DNA of 64,000 nucleotides from Nemertoderma westbladi (taxonomy: Eukaryota > Animalia > Xenacoelomorpha): contig JAUCBJ010007806.1 in NCBI GenBank assembly GCA_032718475.1, positions 1 through 64,000 of the forward strand, read 5' to 3'. Under the pieces are notes generated by a model. The model saw only the letters and a program-made list of their open reading frames with translations, did not search any database and was not told the origin of the DNA. Within the stretch, counting starts at the first letter, position 1. Every line of letters begins with the position of its first letter. Positions 25,101 through 40,100 of this stretch are shown here, in pieces. The translations under genes were made by a program, and so were the position numbers.

Positions 25101-28100
25101 TAGTTATTGCATACGGAATAGCCATACAACTGTGAAAGTGAAAGTTAGTTATTGCATACGGAATAGCCATACAACTGTGAAAGTGAAAGTTAGTTATTGC
25201 ATACGGAATAGCCATACAACTGTGAAAGTGAAAGTTAGTTATTGCATACGGAATAGCCATACAACTGTGAAAGTGAAAGTTAGTTATTGCATACGGAATA
25301 GCCATACAACTGTGAAAGTGAAAGTTAGTTATTGCATACGGAATAGCCATACAACTGTGAAAGTGAAAGTTAGTTATTGCATACGGAATAGCCATACAAC
25401 TGTGAAAGTGAAAGTTAGTTATTGCATACGGAATAGCCATACAACTGTGAAAGTGAAAGTTAGTTATTGCATACGGAATAGCCATACAACTGTGAAAGTG
25501 AAAGTTAGTTATTGCATACGGAATAGCCATACAACTGTGAAAGTGAAAGTTAGTTATTGCATACGGAATAGCCATACAACTGTGAAAGTGAAAGTTAGTT
25601 ATTGCATACGGAATAGCCATACAACTGTGAAAGTGAAAGTTAGTTATTGCATACGGAATAGCCATACAACTGTGAAAGTGAAAGTTAGTTATTGCATACG
25701 GAATAGCCATACAACTGTGAAAGTGAAAGTTAGTTATTGCATACGGAATAGCCATACAACTGTGAAAGTGAAAGTTAGTTATTGCATACGGAATAGCCAT
25801 ACAACTGTGAAAGTGAAAGTTAGTTATTGCATACGGAATAGCCTTACAACTGTGAAAGTGAAAGTTAGTTATTGCATACGGAATAGCCTTACAACTGTGA
25901 AAGTGAAAGTTAGTTATTGCATACGGAATAGCCATACAACTGTGAAAGTGAAAGTTAGTTATTGCATACGGAATAGCCTTACAACTGTGAAAGTGAAAGT
26001 TAGTTATTGCATACGGAATAGCCATACAACTGTGAAAGTGAAAGTTAGTTATTGCATACGGAATAGCCTTACAACTGTGAAAGTGAAAGTTAGTTATTGC
26101 ATACGGAATAGCCTTACAACTGTGAAAGTGAAAGTTAGTTATTGCATACGGAATAGCCTTACAACTGTGAAAGTGAAAGTTAGTTATTGCATACGGAATA
26201 GCCATACAACTGTGAAAGTGAAAGTTAGTTATTGCATACGGAATAGCCATACAACTGTGAAAGTGAAAGTTAGTTATTGCATACGGAATAGCCATACAAC
26301 TGTGAAAGTGAAAGTTAGTTATTGCATACGGAATAGCCATACAACTGTGAAAGTGAAAGTTAGTTATTGCATACGGAATAGCCATACAACTGTGAAAGTG
26401 AAAGTTAGTTATTGCATACGGAATAGCCTTACAACTGTGAAAGTGAAAGTTAGTTATTGCATACGGAATAGCCTTACAACTGTGAAAGTGAAAGTTAGTT
26501 ATTGCATACGGAATAGCCATACAACTGTGAAAGTGAAAGTTAGTTATTGCATACGGAATAGCCATACAACTGTGAAAGTGAAAGTTAGTTATTGCATACG
26601 GAATAGCCATACAACTGTGAAAGTGAAAGTTAGTTATTGCATACGGAATAGCCATACAACTAGTGAAAGTGAAAGTTAGTTATTGCATACGGAATAGCCA
26701 TACAACTGTGAAAGTGAAAGTTAGTTATTGCATACGGAATAGCCATACAACTGTGAAAGTGAAAGTTAGTTATTGCATACGGAATAGCCATACAACTGTG
26801 AAAGTGAAAGTTACTTATTGCATACGGAATAGCCTTACAACTGTGAAAGTGAAAGTTACTTATTGCATACGGAATAGCCTTACAACTGTGAAAGTGAAAG
26901 TTAGTTATTGCATACGGAATAGCCATACAACTGTGAAAGTGAAAGTTAGTTATTGCATACGGAATAGCCATACAACTGTGAAAGTGAAAGTTAGTTATTG
27001 CATACGGAATAGCCATACAACTGTGAAAGTGAAAGTTACTTATTGCATACGGAATAGCCTTACAACTGTGAAAGTGAAAGTTACTTATTGCATACGGAAT
27101 AGCCTTACAACTGTGAAAGTGAAAGTTAGTTATTGCATACGGAATAGCCATACAACTGTGAAAGTGAAAGTTAGTTATTGCATACGGAATAGCCATACAA
27201 CTGTGAAAGTGAAAGTTAGTTATTGCATACGGAATAGCCATACAACTGTGAAAGAGAAAGTTAGTTATTGCATACGGAATAGCCATACAACTGTGAAAGT
27301 GAAAGTTAGTTATTGCATACGGAATAGCCATACAACTAGGAAAGTGAAAGTTAGTTATTGCATACGGAATAGCCATACAACTGTGAAAGTGAAAGTTAGT
27401 TATTGCATACGGAATAGCCATACAACTGTGAAAGTGAAAGTTAGTTATTGCATACGGAATAGCCATACAACTAGGAAAATGAAAGTTAGTTATTGCATAC
27501 GGAATAGCCATACAACTGTGAAAGTGAAAGTTAGTTATTGCATACGGAATAGCCATACAACTGTGAAAGAGAAAGTTAGTTATTGCATACGGAATAGCCA
27601 TACAACTGTGAAAGTGAAAGTTAGTTATTGCATACGGAATAGCCATACAACTAGGAAAGTGAAAGTTAGTTATTGCATACGGAATAGCCATACAACTGTG
27701 AAAGTGAAAGTTAGTTATTGCATACGGAATAGCCATACAACTGTGAAAGTGAAAGTTAGTTATTGCATACGGAATAGCCATACAACTAGGAAAATGAAAG
27801 TTAGTTATTGCATACGGAATAGCCATACAACTGTGAAAGTGAAAGTTAGTTATTGCATACGGAATAGCCATACAACTGTGAAAGTGAAAGTTAGTTATTG
27901 CATACGGAATAGCCATACAACTGTGAAAGTGAAAGTTACTTATTGCATACGGAATAGCCTTACAACTGTGAAAGTGAAAGTTACTTATTGCATACGGAAT
28001 AGCCTTACAACTGTGAAAGTGAAAGTTAGTTATTGCATACGGAATAGCCATACAACTGTGAAAGTGAAAGTTAGTTATTGCATACGGAATAGCCATACAA

Positions 28101-31100
28101 CTGTGAAAGTGAAAGTTAGTTATTGCATACGGAATAGCCATACAACTGTGAAAGTGAAAGTTAGTTATTGCATACGGAATAGCCTTACAACTGTGAAAGT
28201 GAAAGTTAGTTATTGCATACGGAATAGCCTTACAACTGTGAAAGTGAAAGTTAGTTATTGCATACGGAATAGCCATACAACTGTGAAAGTGAAAGTTAGT
28301 TATTGCATACGGAATAGCCATACAACTGTGAAAGTGAAAGTTAGTTATTGCATACGGAATAGCCATACAACTGTGAAAGTGAAAGTTAGTTATTGCATAC
28401 GGAATAGCCATACAACTGTGAAAGTGAAAGTTAGTTATTGCATACGGAATAGCCATACAACTGTGAAAGTGAAAGTTAGTTATTGCATACGGAATAGCCA
28501 TACAACTGTGAAAGTGAAAGTTAGTTATTGCATACGGAATAGCCTTACAACTGTGAAAGTGAAAGTTAGTTATTGCATACGGAATAGCCTTACAACTGTG
28601 AAAGTGAAAGTTAGTTATTGCATACGGAATAGCCATACAACTGTGAAAGTGAAAGTTAGTTATTGCATACGGAATAGCCATACAACTGTGAAAGTGAAAG
28701 TTAGTTATTGCATACGGAATAGCCATACAACTGTGAAAGTGAAAGTTAGTTATTGCATACGGAATAGCCATACAACTGTGAAAGTGAAAGTTAGTTATTG
28801 CATACGGAATAGCCATACAACTGTGAAAGTGAAAGTTAGTTATTGCATACGGAATAGCCATACAACTGTGAAAGTGAAAGTTAGTTATTGCATACGGAAT
28901 AGCCATACAACTGTGAAAGTGAAAGTTAGTTATTGCATACGGAATAGCCTTACAACTGTGAAAGTGAAAGTTAGTTATTGCATACGGAATAGCCTTACAA
29001 CTGTGAAAGTGAAAGTTAGTTATTGCATACGGAATAGCCATACAACTGTGAAAGTGAAAGTTAGTTATTGCATACGGAATAGCCATACAACTGTGAAAGT
29101 GAAAGTTAGTTATTGCATACGGAATAGCCATACAACTGTGAAAGTGAAAGTTAGTTATTGCATACGGAATAGCCTTACAACTGTGAAAGTGAAAGTTAGT
29201 TATTGCATACGGAATAGCCTTACAACTGTGAAAGTGAAAGTTAGTTATTGCATACGGAATAGCCATACAACTGTGAAAGTGAAAGTTAGTTATTGCATAC
29301 GGAATAGCCATACAACTGTGAAAGTGAAAGTTAGTTATTGCATACGGAATAGCCATACAACTGTGAAAGTGAAAGTTAGTTATTGCATACGGAATAGCCA
29401 TACAACTGTGAAAGTGAAAGTTAGTTATTGCATACGGAATAGCCATACAACTGTGAAAGTGAAAGTTAGTTATTGCATACGGAATAGCCATACAACTGTG
29501 AAAGTGAAAGTTAGTTATTGCATACGGAATAGCCATACAACTGTGAAAGTGAAAGTTAGTTATTGCATACGGAATAGCCATACAACTGTGAAAGTGAAAG
29601 TTAGTTATTGCATACGGAATAGCCATACAACTGTGAAAGTGAAAGTTAGTTATTGCATACGGAATAGCCATACAACTGTGAAAGTGAAAGTTAGTTATTG
29701 CATACGGAATAGCCATACAACTGTGAAAGTGAAAGTTAGTTATTGCATACGGAATAGCCATACAACTGTGAAAGTGAAAGTTAGTTATTGCATACGGAAT
29801 AGCCATACAACTGTGAAAGTGAAAGTTAGTTATTGCATACGGAATAGCCATACAACTGTGAAAGTGAAAGTTAGTTATTGCATACGGAATAGCCATACAA
29901 CTAGTGAAAATGAAAGTTAGTTATTGCATACGGAATAGCCATACAACTGTGAAAGTGAAAGTTAGTTATTGCATACGGAATAGCCATACAACTGTGAAAG
30001 TGAAAGTTAGTTATTGCATACGGAATAGCCATACAACTGTGAAAGTGAAAGTTACTTATTGCATACGGAATAGCCTTACAACTGTGAAAGTGAAAGTTAC
30101 TTATTGCATACGGAATAGCCTTACAACTGTGAAAGTGAAAGTTAGTTATTGCATACGGAATAGCCATACAACTGTGAAAGTGAAAGTTAGTTATTGCATA
30201 CGGAATAGCCATACAACTGTGAAAGTGAAAGTTAGTTATTGCATACGGAATAGCCATACAACTGTGAAAGTGAAAGTTAGTTATTGCATACGGAATAGCC
30301 TTACAACTGTGAAAGTGAAAGTTACTTATTGCATACGGAATAGCCTTACAACTGTGAAAGTGAAAGTTAGTTATTGCATACGGAATAGCCATACAACTGT
30401 GAAAGTGAAAGTTAGTTATTGCATACGGAATAGCCATACAACTGTGAAAGTGAAAGTTAGTTATTGCATACGGAATAGCCATACAACTGTGAAAGTGAAA
30501 GTTAGTTATTGCATACGGAATAGCCATACAACTGTGAAAGTGAAAGTTAGTTATTGCATACGGAATAGCCATACAACTGTGAAAGTGAAAGTTAGTTATT
30601 GCATACGGAATAGCCATACAACTCGTGAAAGTGAAAGTTAGTTATTGCATACGGAATAGCCATACAACTGTGAAAGTGAAAGTTAGTTATTGCATACGGA
30701 ATAGCCTTACAACTGTGAAAGTGAAAGTTAGTTATTGCATACGGAATAGCCTTACAACTGTGAAAGTGAAAGTTAGTTATTGCATACGGAATAGCCATAC
30801 AACTGTGAAAGTGAAAGTTAGTTATTGCATACGGAATAGCCTTACAACTGTGAAAGTGAAAGTTAGTTATTGCATACGGAATAGCCATACAACTGTGAAA
30901 GTGAAAGTTAGTTATTGCATACGGAATAGCCATACAACTGTGAAAGTGAAAGTTAGTTATTGCATACGGAATAGCCATACAACTGTGAAAGTGAAAGTTA
31001 GTTATTGCATACGGAATAGCCATACAACTCGGAAAATGAAAGTTAGTTATTGTATACGGAATAGCCATACAACTGTGAAAGTGAAAGTTAGTTATTGCAT

Positions 31101-34100
31101 ACGGAATAGCCATACAACTGTGAAAGTGAAAGTTAGTTATTGCATACGGAATAGCCATACAACTGTGAAAGTGAAAGTTAGTTATTGCATACGGAATAGC
31201 CTTACAACTGTGAAAGTGAAAGTTAGTTATTGCATACGGAATAGCCTTACAACTGTGAAAGTGAAAGTTAGTTATTGCATACGGAATAGCCATACAACTG
31301 TGAAAGTGAAAGTTAGTTATTGCATACGGAATAGCCATACAACTGTGAAAGTGAAAGTTAGTTATTGCATACGGAATAGCCTTACAACTGTGAAAGTGAA
31401 AGTTAGTTATTGCATACGGAATAGCCTTACAACTGTGAAAGTGAAAGTTAGTTATTGCATACGGAATAGCCTTACAACTGTGAAAGTGAAAGTTAGTTAT
31501 TGCATACGGAATAGCCATACAACTGTGAAAGTGAAAGTTAGTTATTGCATACGGAATAGCCATACAACTGTGAAAGTGAAAGTTAGTTATTGCATACGGA
31601 ATAGCCATACAACTGTGAAAGTGAAAGTTAGTTATTGCATACGGAATAGCCATACAACTGTGAAAGTGAAAGTTAGTTATTGCATACGGAATAGCCTTAC
31701 AACTGTGAAAGTGAAAGTTAGTTATTGCATACGGAATAGCCATACAACTGTGAAAGTGAAAGTTAGTTATTGCATACGGAATAGCCTTACAACTGTGAAA
31801 GTGAAAGTTAGTTATTGCATACGGAATAGCCTTACAACTGTGAAAGTGAAAGTTAGTTATTGCATACGGAATAGCCTTACAACTGTGAAAGTGAAAGTTA
31901 GTTATTGCATACGGAATAGCCATACAACTGTGAAAGTGAAAGTTAGTTATTGCAAACGGAATAGACATATAACTGTGAAAGTGAAAGTTAGTTATTGCAT
32001 ACGGAATAGCCATACAACTGTGAAAGTGAAAGTTAGTTATTGCATACGGAATAGCCTTACAACTGTGAAAGTGAAAGTTAGTTATTGCATACGGAATAGC
32101 CTTACAACTGTGAAAGTGAAAGTTAGTTATTGCATACGGAATAGCCTTACAACTGTGAAAGTGAAAGTTAGTTATTGCATACGGAATAGCCTTACAACTG
32201 TGAAAGTGAGAGTTAGTTATTGCATACGGAATAGCCATACAACTGTGAAAGTGAAAGTTAGTTATTGCATACGGAATAGCCATACAACTGTGAAAGTGAA
32301 AGTTAGTTATTGCATACGGAATAGCCTTACAACTGTGAAAGTGAAAGTTAGTTATTGCATACGGAATAGCCTTACAACTGTGAAAGTGAAAGTTAGTTAT
32401 TGCATACGGAATAGCCTTACAACTGTGAAAGTGAAAGTTAGTTATTGCATACGGAATAGCCATACAACTGTGAAAGTGAAAGTTAGTTATTGCAAACGGA
32501 ATAGACATATAACTGTGAAAGTGAAAGTTAGTTATTGCATACGGAATAGCCATACAACTGTGAAAGTGAAAGTTAGTTATTGCATACGGAATAGCCATAC
32601 ATACAACCCTGAAAGTGAAAGTTAGTTATTGCATACGGAATAGCCATACATACAACCCTGAAAGTGAAAGTTAGTTATTGCATACGGAATAGCCATACAT
32701 ACAACCCTGAAAGTGAAAGTTAGTTATTGCATACGGAATAGCCATACATACAACCCTGAAAGTGAAAGTTAGTTATTGCATACGGAATAGCCATACAACT
32801 GTGAAAGTGAAAGTTAGTTATTGCATACGGAATAGCCATACATACAACCCTGAAAGTGAAAGTTAGTTATTGCATACGGAATAGCCATACAACTGTGAAA
32901 GTGAAAGTTAGTTATTGCATACGGAATAGCCATACATACAACCCTGAAAGTGAAAGTTAGTTATTGCATACGGAATAGCCATACAACTGTGAAAGTGAAA
33001 GTTAGTTATTGCATACGGAATAGCCATACAACTGTGAAAGTGAAAGTTAGTTATTGCATACGGAATAGCCATACATACAACCCTGAAAGTGAAAGTTAGT
33101 TATTGCATACGGAATAGCCATACAACTGTGAAAGTGAAAGTTAGTTATTGCATACGGAATAGCCATACAACTGTGAAAATGAAAGTTAGTTATTGCATAC
33201 GGAATAGCCATGCAACTCGGAAAGTGAAAGTTAGTTATTGTATACGGAATAGCCATACAACTCGGAAAATGAAAGTTAGTTATTGTATACGGAATAGCCT
33301 TACAACTGTGAAAGTGAAAGTTAGTTATTGCATACGGAATAGCCATACAACTGTGAAAGTGAAAGTTAGTTATTGCATACGGAATAGCCATACAACTGTG
33401 AAAGTGAAAGTTAGTTATTGCATACGGAATAGCCATACAACTGTGAAAGTGAAAGTTAGTTATTGCATACGGAATAGCCATACAACTGTGAAAGTGAAAG
33501 TTAGTTATTGCATACGGAATAGCCTTACAACTGTGAAAGTGAAAGTTAGTTATTGCATACGGAATAGCCTTACAACTGTGAAAGTGAGAGTTAGTTATTG
33601 CATACGGAATAGCCATACAACTGTGAAAGTGAAAGTTAGTTATTGCATACGGAATAGCCATACAACTGTGAAAGTGAAAGTTAGTTATTGCATACGGAAT
33701 AGCCTTACAACTGTGAAAGTGAAAGTTAGTTATTGCATACGGAATAGCCTTACAACTGTGAAAGTGAAAGTTAGTTATTGCATACGGAATAGCCTTACAA
33801 CTGTGAAAGTGAAAGTTAGTTATTGCATACGGAATAGCCATACAACTGTGAAAGTGAAAGTTAGTTATTGCATACGGAATAGACATATAACTGTGAAAGT
33901 GAAAGTTAGTTATTGCATACGGAATAGCCATACAACTGTGAAAGTGAAAGTTAGTTATTGCATACGGAATAGCCATACAACTGTGAAAGTGAAAGTTAGT
34001 TATTGCATACGGAATAGCCTTACAACTGTGAAAGTGAAAGTTAGTTATTGCATACGGAATAGCCTTACAACTGTGAAAGTGAAAGTTAGTTATTGCATAC

Positions 34101-37100
34101 GGAATAGCCTTACAACTGTGAAAGTGAAAGTTAGTTATTGCATACGGAATAGCCATACAACTGTGAAAGTGAAAGTTAGTTATTGCATACGGAATAGCCA
34201 TACAACTGTGAAAGTGAAAGTTAGTTATTGCATACGGAATAGCCATACAACTGTGAAAGTGAAAGTTAGTTATTGCATACGGAATAGCCTTACAACTGTG
34301 AAAGTGAAAGTTAGTTATTGCATACGGAATAGCCTTACAACTGTGAAAGTGAAAGTTAGTTATTGCATACGGAATAGCCTTACAACTGTGAAAGTGAAAG
34401 TTAGTTATTGCATACGGAATAGCCTTACAACTGTGAAAGTGAGAGTTAGTTATTGCATACGGAATAGCCATACAACTGTGAAAGTGAAAGTTAGTTATTG
34501 CATACGGAATAGCCATACAACTGTGAAAGTGAAAGTTAGTTATTGCATACGGAATAGCCTTACAACTGTGAAAGTGAAAGTTAGTTATTGCATACGGAAT
34601 AGCCTTACAACTGTGAAAGTGAAAGTTAGTTATTGCATACGGAATAGCCTTACAACTGTGAAAGTGAAAGTTAGTTATTGCATACGGAATAGCCATACAA
34701 CTGTGAAAGTGAAAGTTAGTTATTGCAAACGGAATAGACATATAACTGTGAAAGTGAAAGTTAGTTATTGCATACGGAATAGCCATACAACTGTGAAAGT
34801 GAAAGTTAGTTATTGCATACGGAATAGCCATACATACAACCGTGAAAGTGAAAGTTAGTTATTGCATACGGAATAGCCATACATACAACCCTGAAAGTGA
34901 AAGTTAGTTATTGCATACGGAATAGCCATACATACAACCCTGAAAGTGAAAGTTAGTTATTGCATACGGAATAGCCATACATACAACCCTGAAAGTGAAA
35001 GTTAGTTATTGCATACGGAATAGCCATACAACTGTGAAAGTGAAAGTTAGTTATTGCATACGGAATAGCCATACATACAACCCTGAAAGTGAAAGTTAGT
35101 TATTGCATACGGAATAGCCATACAACTGTGAAAGTGAAAGTTAGTTATTGCATACGGAATAGCCATACATACAACCCTGAAAGTGAAAGTTAGTTATTGC
35201 ATACGGAATAGCCATACAACTGTGAAAGTGAAAGTTAGTTATTGCATACGGAATAGCCATACAACTGTGAAAGTGAAAGTTAGTTATTGCATACGGAATA
35301 GCCATACATACAACCCTGAAAGTGAAAGTTAGTTATTGCATACGGAATAGCCATACAACTGTGAAAGTGAAAGTTAGTTATTGCATACGGAATAGCCATA
35401 CAACTGTGAAAATGAAAGTTAGTTATTGCATACGGAATAGACATACAACTGTGAAAGTGAAAGTTAGTTATTGCATACGGAATAGCCATACATACAACTG
35501 TGAAAGTGAAAGTTATTTATTGCATACGGAATAGCCATACATACAACCCTGAAAGTGAAAGTTAGTTATTGCATACGGAATAGCCATACAACTGTGAAAG
35601 TGAAAGTTAGTTATTGCATACGGAATAGCCATACAACTGTGAAAGTGAAAGTTAGTTATTGCATACGGAATAGCCATACAACTGTGAAAGTGAAAGTTAG
35701 TTATTGCATACGGAATAGCCTTACAACTGTGAAAGTGAAAGTTAGTTATTGCATACGGAATAGCCATACAACTGTGAAAGTGAAAGTTAGTTATTGCATA
35801 CGGAATAGCCATACAACTGTGAAAGTGAAAGTTAGTTATTGCATACGGAATAGCCATACAACTGTGAAAGTGAAAGTTAGTTATTGCATACGGAATAGCC
35901 ATACAACTGTGAAAGTGAAAGTTAGTTATTGCATACGGAATAGCCATACAACTGTGAAAGTGAAAGTTAGTTATTGCATACGGAATAGCCATACAACTGT
36001 GAAAGTGAAAGTTAGTTATTGCATACGGAATAGCCATACAACTGTGAAAGTGAAAGTTAGTTATTGCATACGGAATAGCAATACAACTGTGAAAGTGAAA
36101 GTTAGTTATTGCATACGGAATAGCCATACAACTGTGAAAGTGAAAGTTAGTTATTGCATACGGAATAGCCATACAACTGTGAAAGTGAAAGTTAGTTATT
36201 GCATACGGAATAGCCATACAACTGTGAAAGTGAAAGTTAGTTATTGCATACGGAATAGCCATACAACTGTGAAAGTGAAAGTTAGTTATTGCATACGGAA
36301 TAGCCTTACAACTGTGAAAGTGAAAGTTAGTTATTGCATACGGAATAGCCTTACAACTGTGAAAGTTAAAGTTAGTTATTGCATACGGAATAGCCATACA
36401 ACTGTGAAAGTGAAAGTTAGTTATTGCATACGGAATAGCCTTACAACTGTGAAAGTGAAAGTTAGTTATTGCATACGGAATAGCCATACAACTGTGAAAG
36501 TGAAAGTTAGTTATTGCATACGGAATAGCCTTACAACTGTGAAAGTGAAAGTTAGTTATTGCATACGGAATAGCCTTACAACTGTGAAAGTGAAAGTTAG
36601 TTATTGCATACGGAATAGCCTTACAACTGTGAAAGTGAAAGTTAGTTATTGCATACGGAATAGCCTTACAACTGTGAAAGTGAAAGTTAGTTATTGCATA
36701 CGGAATAGCCATACAACTGTGAAAGTGAAAGTTAGTTATTGCATACGGAATAGCCTTACAACTGTGAAAGTGAAAGTTAGTTATTGCATACGGAATAGCC
36801 ATACAACTGTGAAAGTGAAAGTTAGTTATTGCATACGGAATAGCCATACAACTGTGAAAGTGAAAGTTAGTTATTGCATACGGAATAGCCATACAACTCG
36901 GAAAATGAATGTTAGTTATTGCATACGGAATAGCCATACAACTGTGAAAGTGAAAGTTAGTTATTGCATACGGAATAGCCATACAACTGTGAAAGTGAAA
37001 GTTAGTTATTGCATGCGGAATAGCCATACAACTGTGAAAGTGAAAGTGAGTTATTGCATACGGAATAGCCTTACAACTGTGAAAGTGAAAGTTAGTTATT

Positions 37101-40100
37101 GCATACGGAATAGCCTTACAACTGTGAAAGTGAAAGTTAGTTATTGCATACGGAATAGCCATACAACTGTGAAAGTGAAAGTTAGTTATTGCATACGGAA
37201 TAGCCATACAACTGTGAAAGTGAAAGTTAGTTATTGCATACGGAATAGCCATACAACTGTGAAAGTGAAAGTTAGTTATTGCATACGGAATAGCCTTACA
37301 ACTGTGAAAGTGAAAGTTAGTTATTGCATACGGAATAGCCATACAACTGTGAAAGTGAAAGTTAGTTATTGCATACGGAATAGCCTTACAACTGTGAAAG
37401 TGAAAGTTAGTTATTGCATACGGAATAGCCTTACAACTGTGAAAGTGAAAGTTAGTTATTGCATACGGAATAGCCATACAACTGTGAAAGTGAAAGTTAG
37501 TTATTGCATACGGAATAGCCATACAACTGTGAAAGTGAAAGTTAGTTATTGCATACGGAATAGCCATACAACTGTGAAAGTGAAAGTTAGTTATTGCATA
37601 CGGAATAGCCTTACAACTGTGAAAGTGAAAGTTAGTTATTGCATACGGAATAGCCTTACAACTGTGAAAGTGAAAGTTAGTTATTGCATACGGAATAGCC
37701 TTACAACTGTGAAAGTGAAAGTTAGTTATTGCATACGGAATAGCCATACAACTGTGAAAGTGAAAGTTAGTTATTGCATACGGAATAGCCTTACAACTGT
37801 GAAAGTGAAAGTTAGTTATTGCATACGGAATAGCCTTACAACTGTGAAAGTGAAAGTTAGTTATTGCATACGGAATAGCCATACAACTGTGAAAGTGAAA
37901 GTTAGTTATTGCATACGGAATAGCCATACAACTGTGAAAGTGAAAGTTAGTTATTGCATACGGAATAGCCATACAACTGTGAAAGTGAAAGTTAGTTATT
38001 GCATACGGAATAGCCTTACAACTGTGAAAGTGAAAGTTAGTTATTGCATACGGAATAGCCTTACAACTGTGAAAGTGAAAGTTAGTTATTGCATACGGAA
38101 TAGCCATACAACTGTGAAAGTGAAAGTTAGTTATTGCATACGGAATAGCCTTACGACTGTGAAAGTGAAAGTTAGTTATTGCATACGGAATAGCCATACA
38201 ACTCGGAAAATGAAAGTTAGTTATTGCATACGGAATAGCCATACAACTGTGAAAGTGAAAGTTAGTTATTGCATACGGAATAGCCTTACAACTGTGAAAG
38301 TGAAAGTTAGTTATTGCATACGGAATAGCCATACAACTGTGAAAGTGAATGTTAGTTATTGCATACGGAATAGCCATACAACTGTGAAAGTGAAAGTTAG
38401 TTATTGCATACGGAATAGCCATACAACTGTGAAAGTGAAAGTTAGTTATTGCATACGGAATAGCCATACAACTGTGAAAGTGAAAGTTAGTTATTGCATA
38501 CGGAATAGCCATACAACTGTGAAAGTGAAAGTTAGTTATTGCATACGGAATAGCCATACAACTGTGAAAGTGAAAGTTAGTTATTGCATACGGAATAGCC
38601 ATACAACTGTGAAAGTGAAAGTTAGTTATTGCATACGGAATAGCCATACAACTGTGAAAGTGAAAGTTAGTTATTGCATACGGAATAGCCATACAACTGT
38701 GAAAGTGAAAGTTAGTTATTGCATACGGAATAGCCATACAACTGTGAAAGTGAAAGTTAGTTATTGCATACGGAATAGCCATACAACTGTGAAAGTGAAA
38801 GTTAGTTATTGCATACGGAATAGCCATACAACTGTGAAAGTGAAAGTTAGTTATTGCATACGGAATAGCCATACAACTGTGAAAGTGAAAGTTAGTTATT
38901 GCATACGGAATAGCCATACAACTGTGAAAGTGAAAGTTAGTTATTGCATACGGAATAGCCATACAACTCGGAAAATGAAAGTTAGTTATTGCATACGGAA
39001 TAGCCATACATACAACTGTGAAAGTGAAAGTTAGTTATTGCATACAGAATAGCCATACATACAACTGTGAAAGTGAAAGTTAGTTATTGCATACGGAATA
39101 GCCATACAACTGTGAAAGTGAAAGTTAGTTATTGCATACGGAATAGCCATACAACTGTGAAAGTGAAAGTTAGTTATTGCATACGGAATAGCCATACAAC
39201 TGTGAAAGTGAAAGTTAGTTATTGCATACGGAATAGCCATACAACTGTGAAAGTGAAAGTTAGTTATTGCATACGGAATAGCCATACAACTGTGAAAGTG
39301 AAAGTTAGTTATTGCATACGGAATAGCCATACAACTGTGAAAGTGAAAGTTAGTTATTGCATACGGAATAGCCATACAACTGTGAAAGTGAAAGTTAGTT
39401 ATTGCATACGGAATAGCCATACAACTGTGAAAGTGAAAGTTAGTTATTGCATACGGAATAGCCTTACAACTGTGAAAGTGAAAGTTAGTTATTGCATACG
39501 GAATAGCCATACAACTGTGAAAGTGAAAGTTGGTTATTGCATACGGAATAGCCTTACAACTGTGAAAGTGAAAGTTAGTTATTGCATACGGAATAGCCAT
39601 ACAACTGTGAAAGTGAAAGTTAGTTATTGCATACGGAATAGCCATACAACTGTGAAAGTGAAAGTTAGTTATTGCATACGGAATAGCCATACAACTCGGA
39701 AAATGAAAGTTAGTTATTGCATACGGAATAGCCATACAACTCGGAAAATGAAAGTTAGTTATTGCATACGGAATAGCCTTACAACTGTGAAAGTGAAAGT
39801 TAGTTATTGCATACGGAATAGCCATACAACTGTGAAAGTGAAAGTTAGTTATTGCATACGGAATAGCCATACAACTGTGAAAGTGAAAGTTAGTTATTGC
39901 ATACGGAATAGCCATACAACTGTGAAAGTGAAAGTTAGTTATTGCATACGGAATAGCCATACAACTGTGAAAGTGAAAGTTAGTTATTGCAAACGGAATA
40001 GACATATAACTGTGAAAGTGAAAGTTAGTTATTGCATACGGAATAGACATATAACTGTGAAAGTGAAAGTTAGTTATTGCATACGGAATAGCCATACAAC

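Noticed and set aside
26655-30630. Single-base insertion monomers (ACTAGTGAAA at ~26661 and ~29902, ACTCGTGAAA at ~30624)
   Set aside because: They look like hybrids of the TGTG and TAGG/TCGG variants, so they are more likely consensus artefacts than biology.
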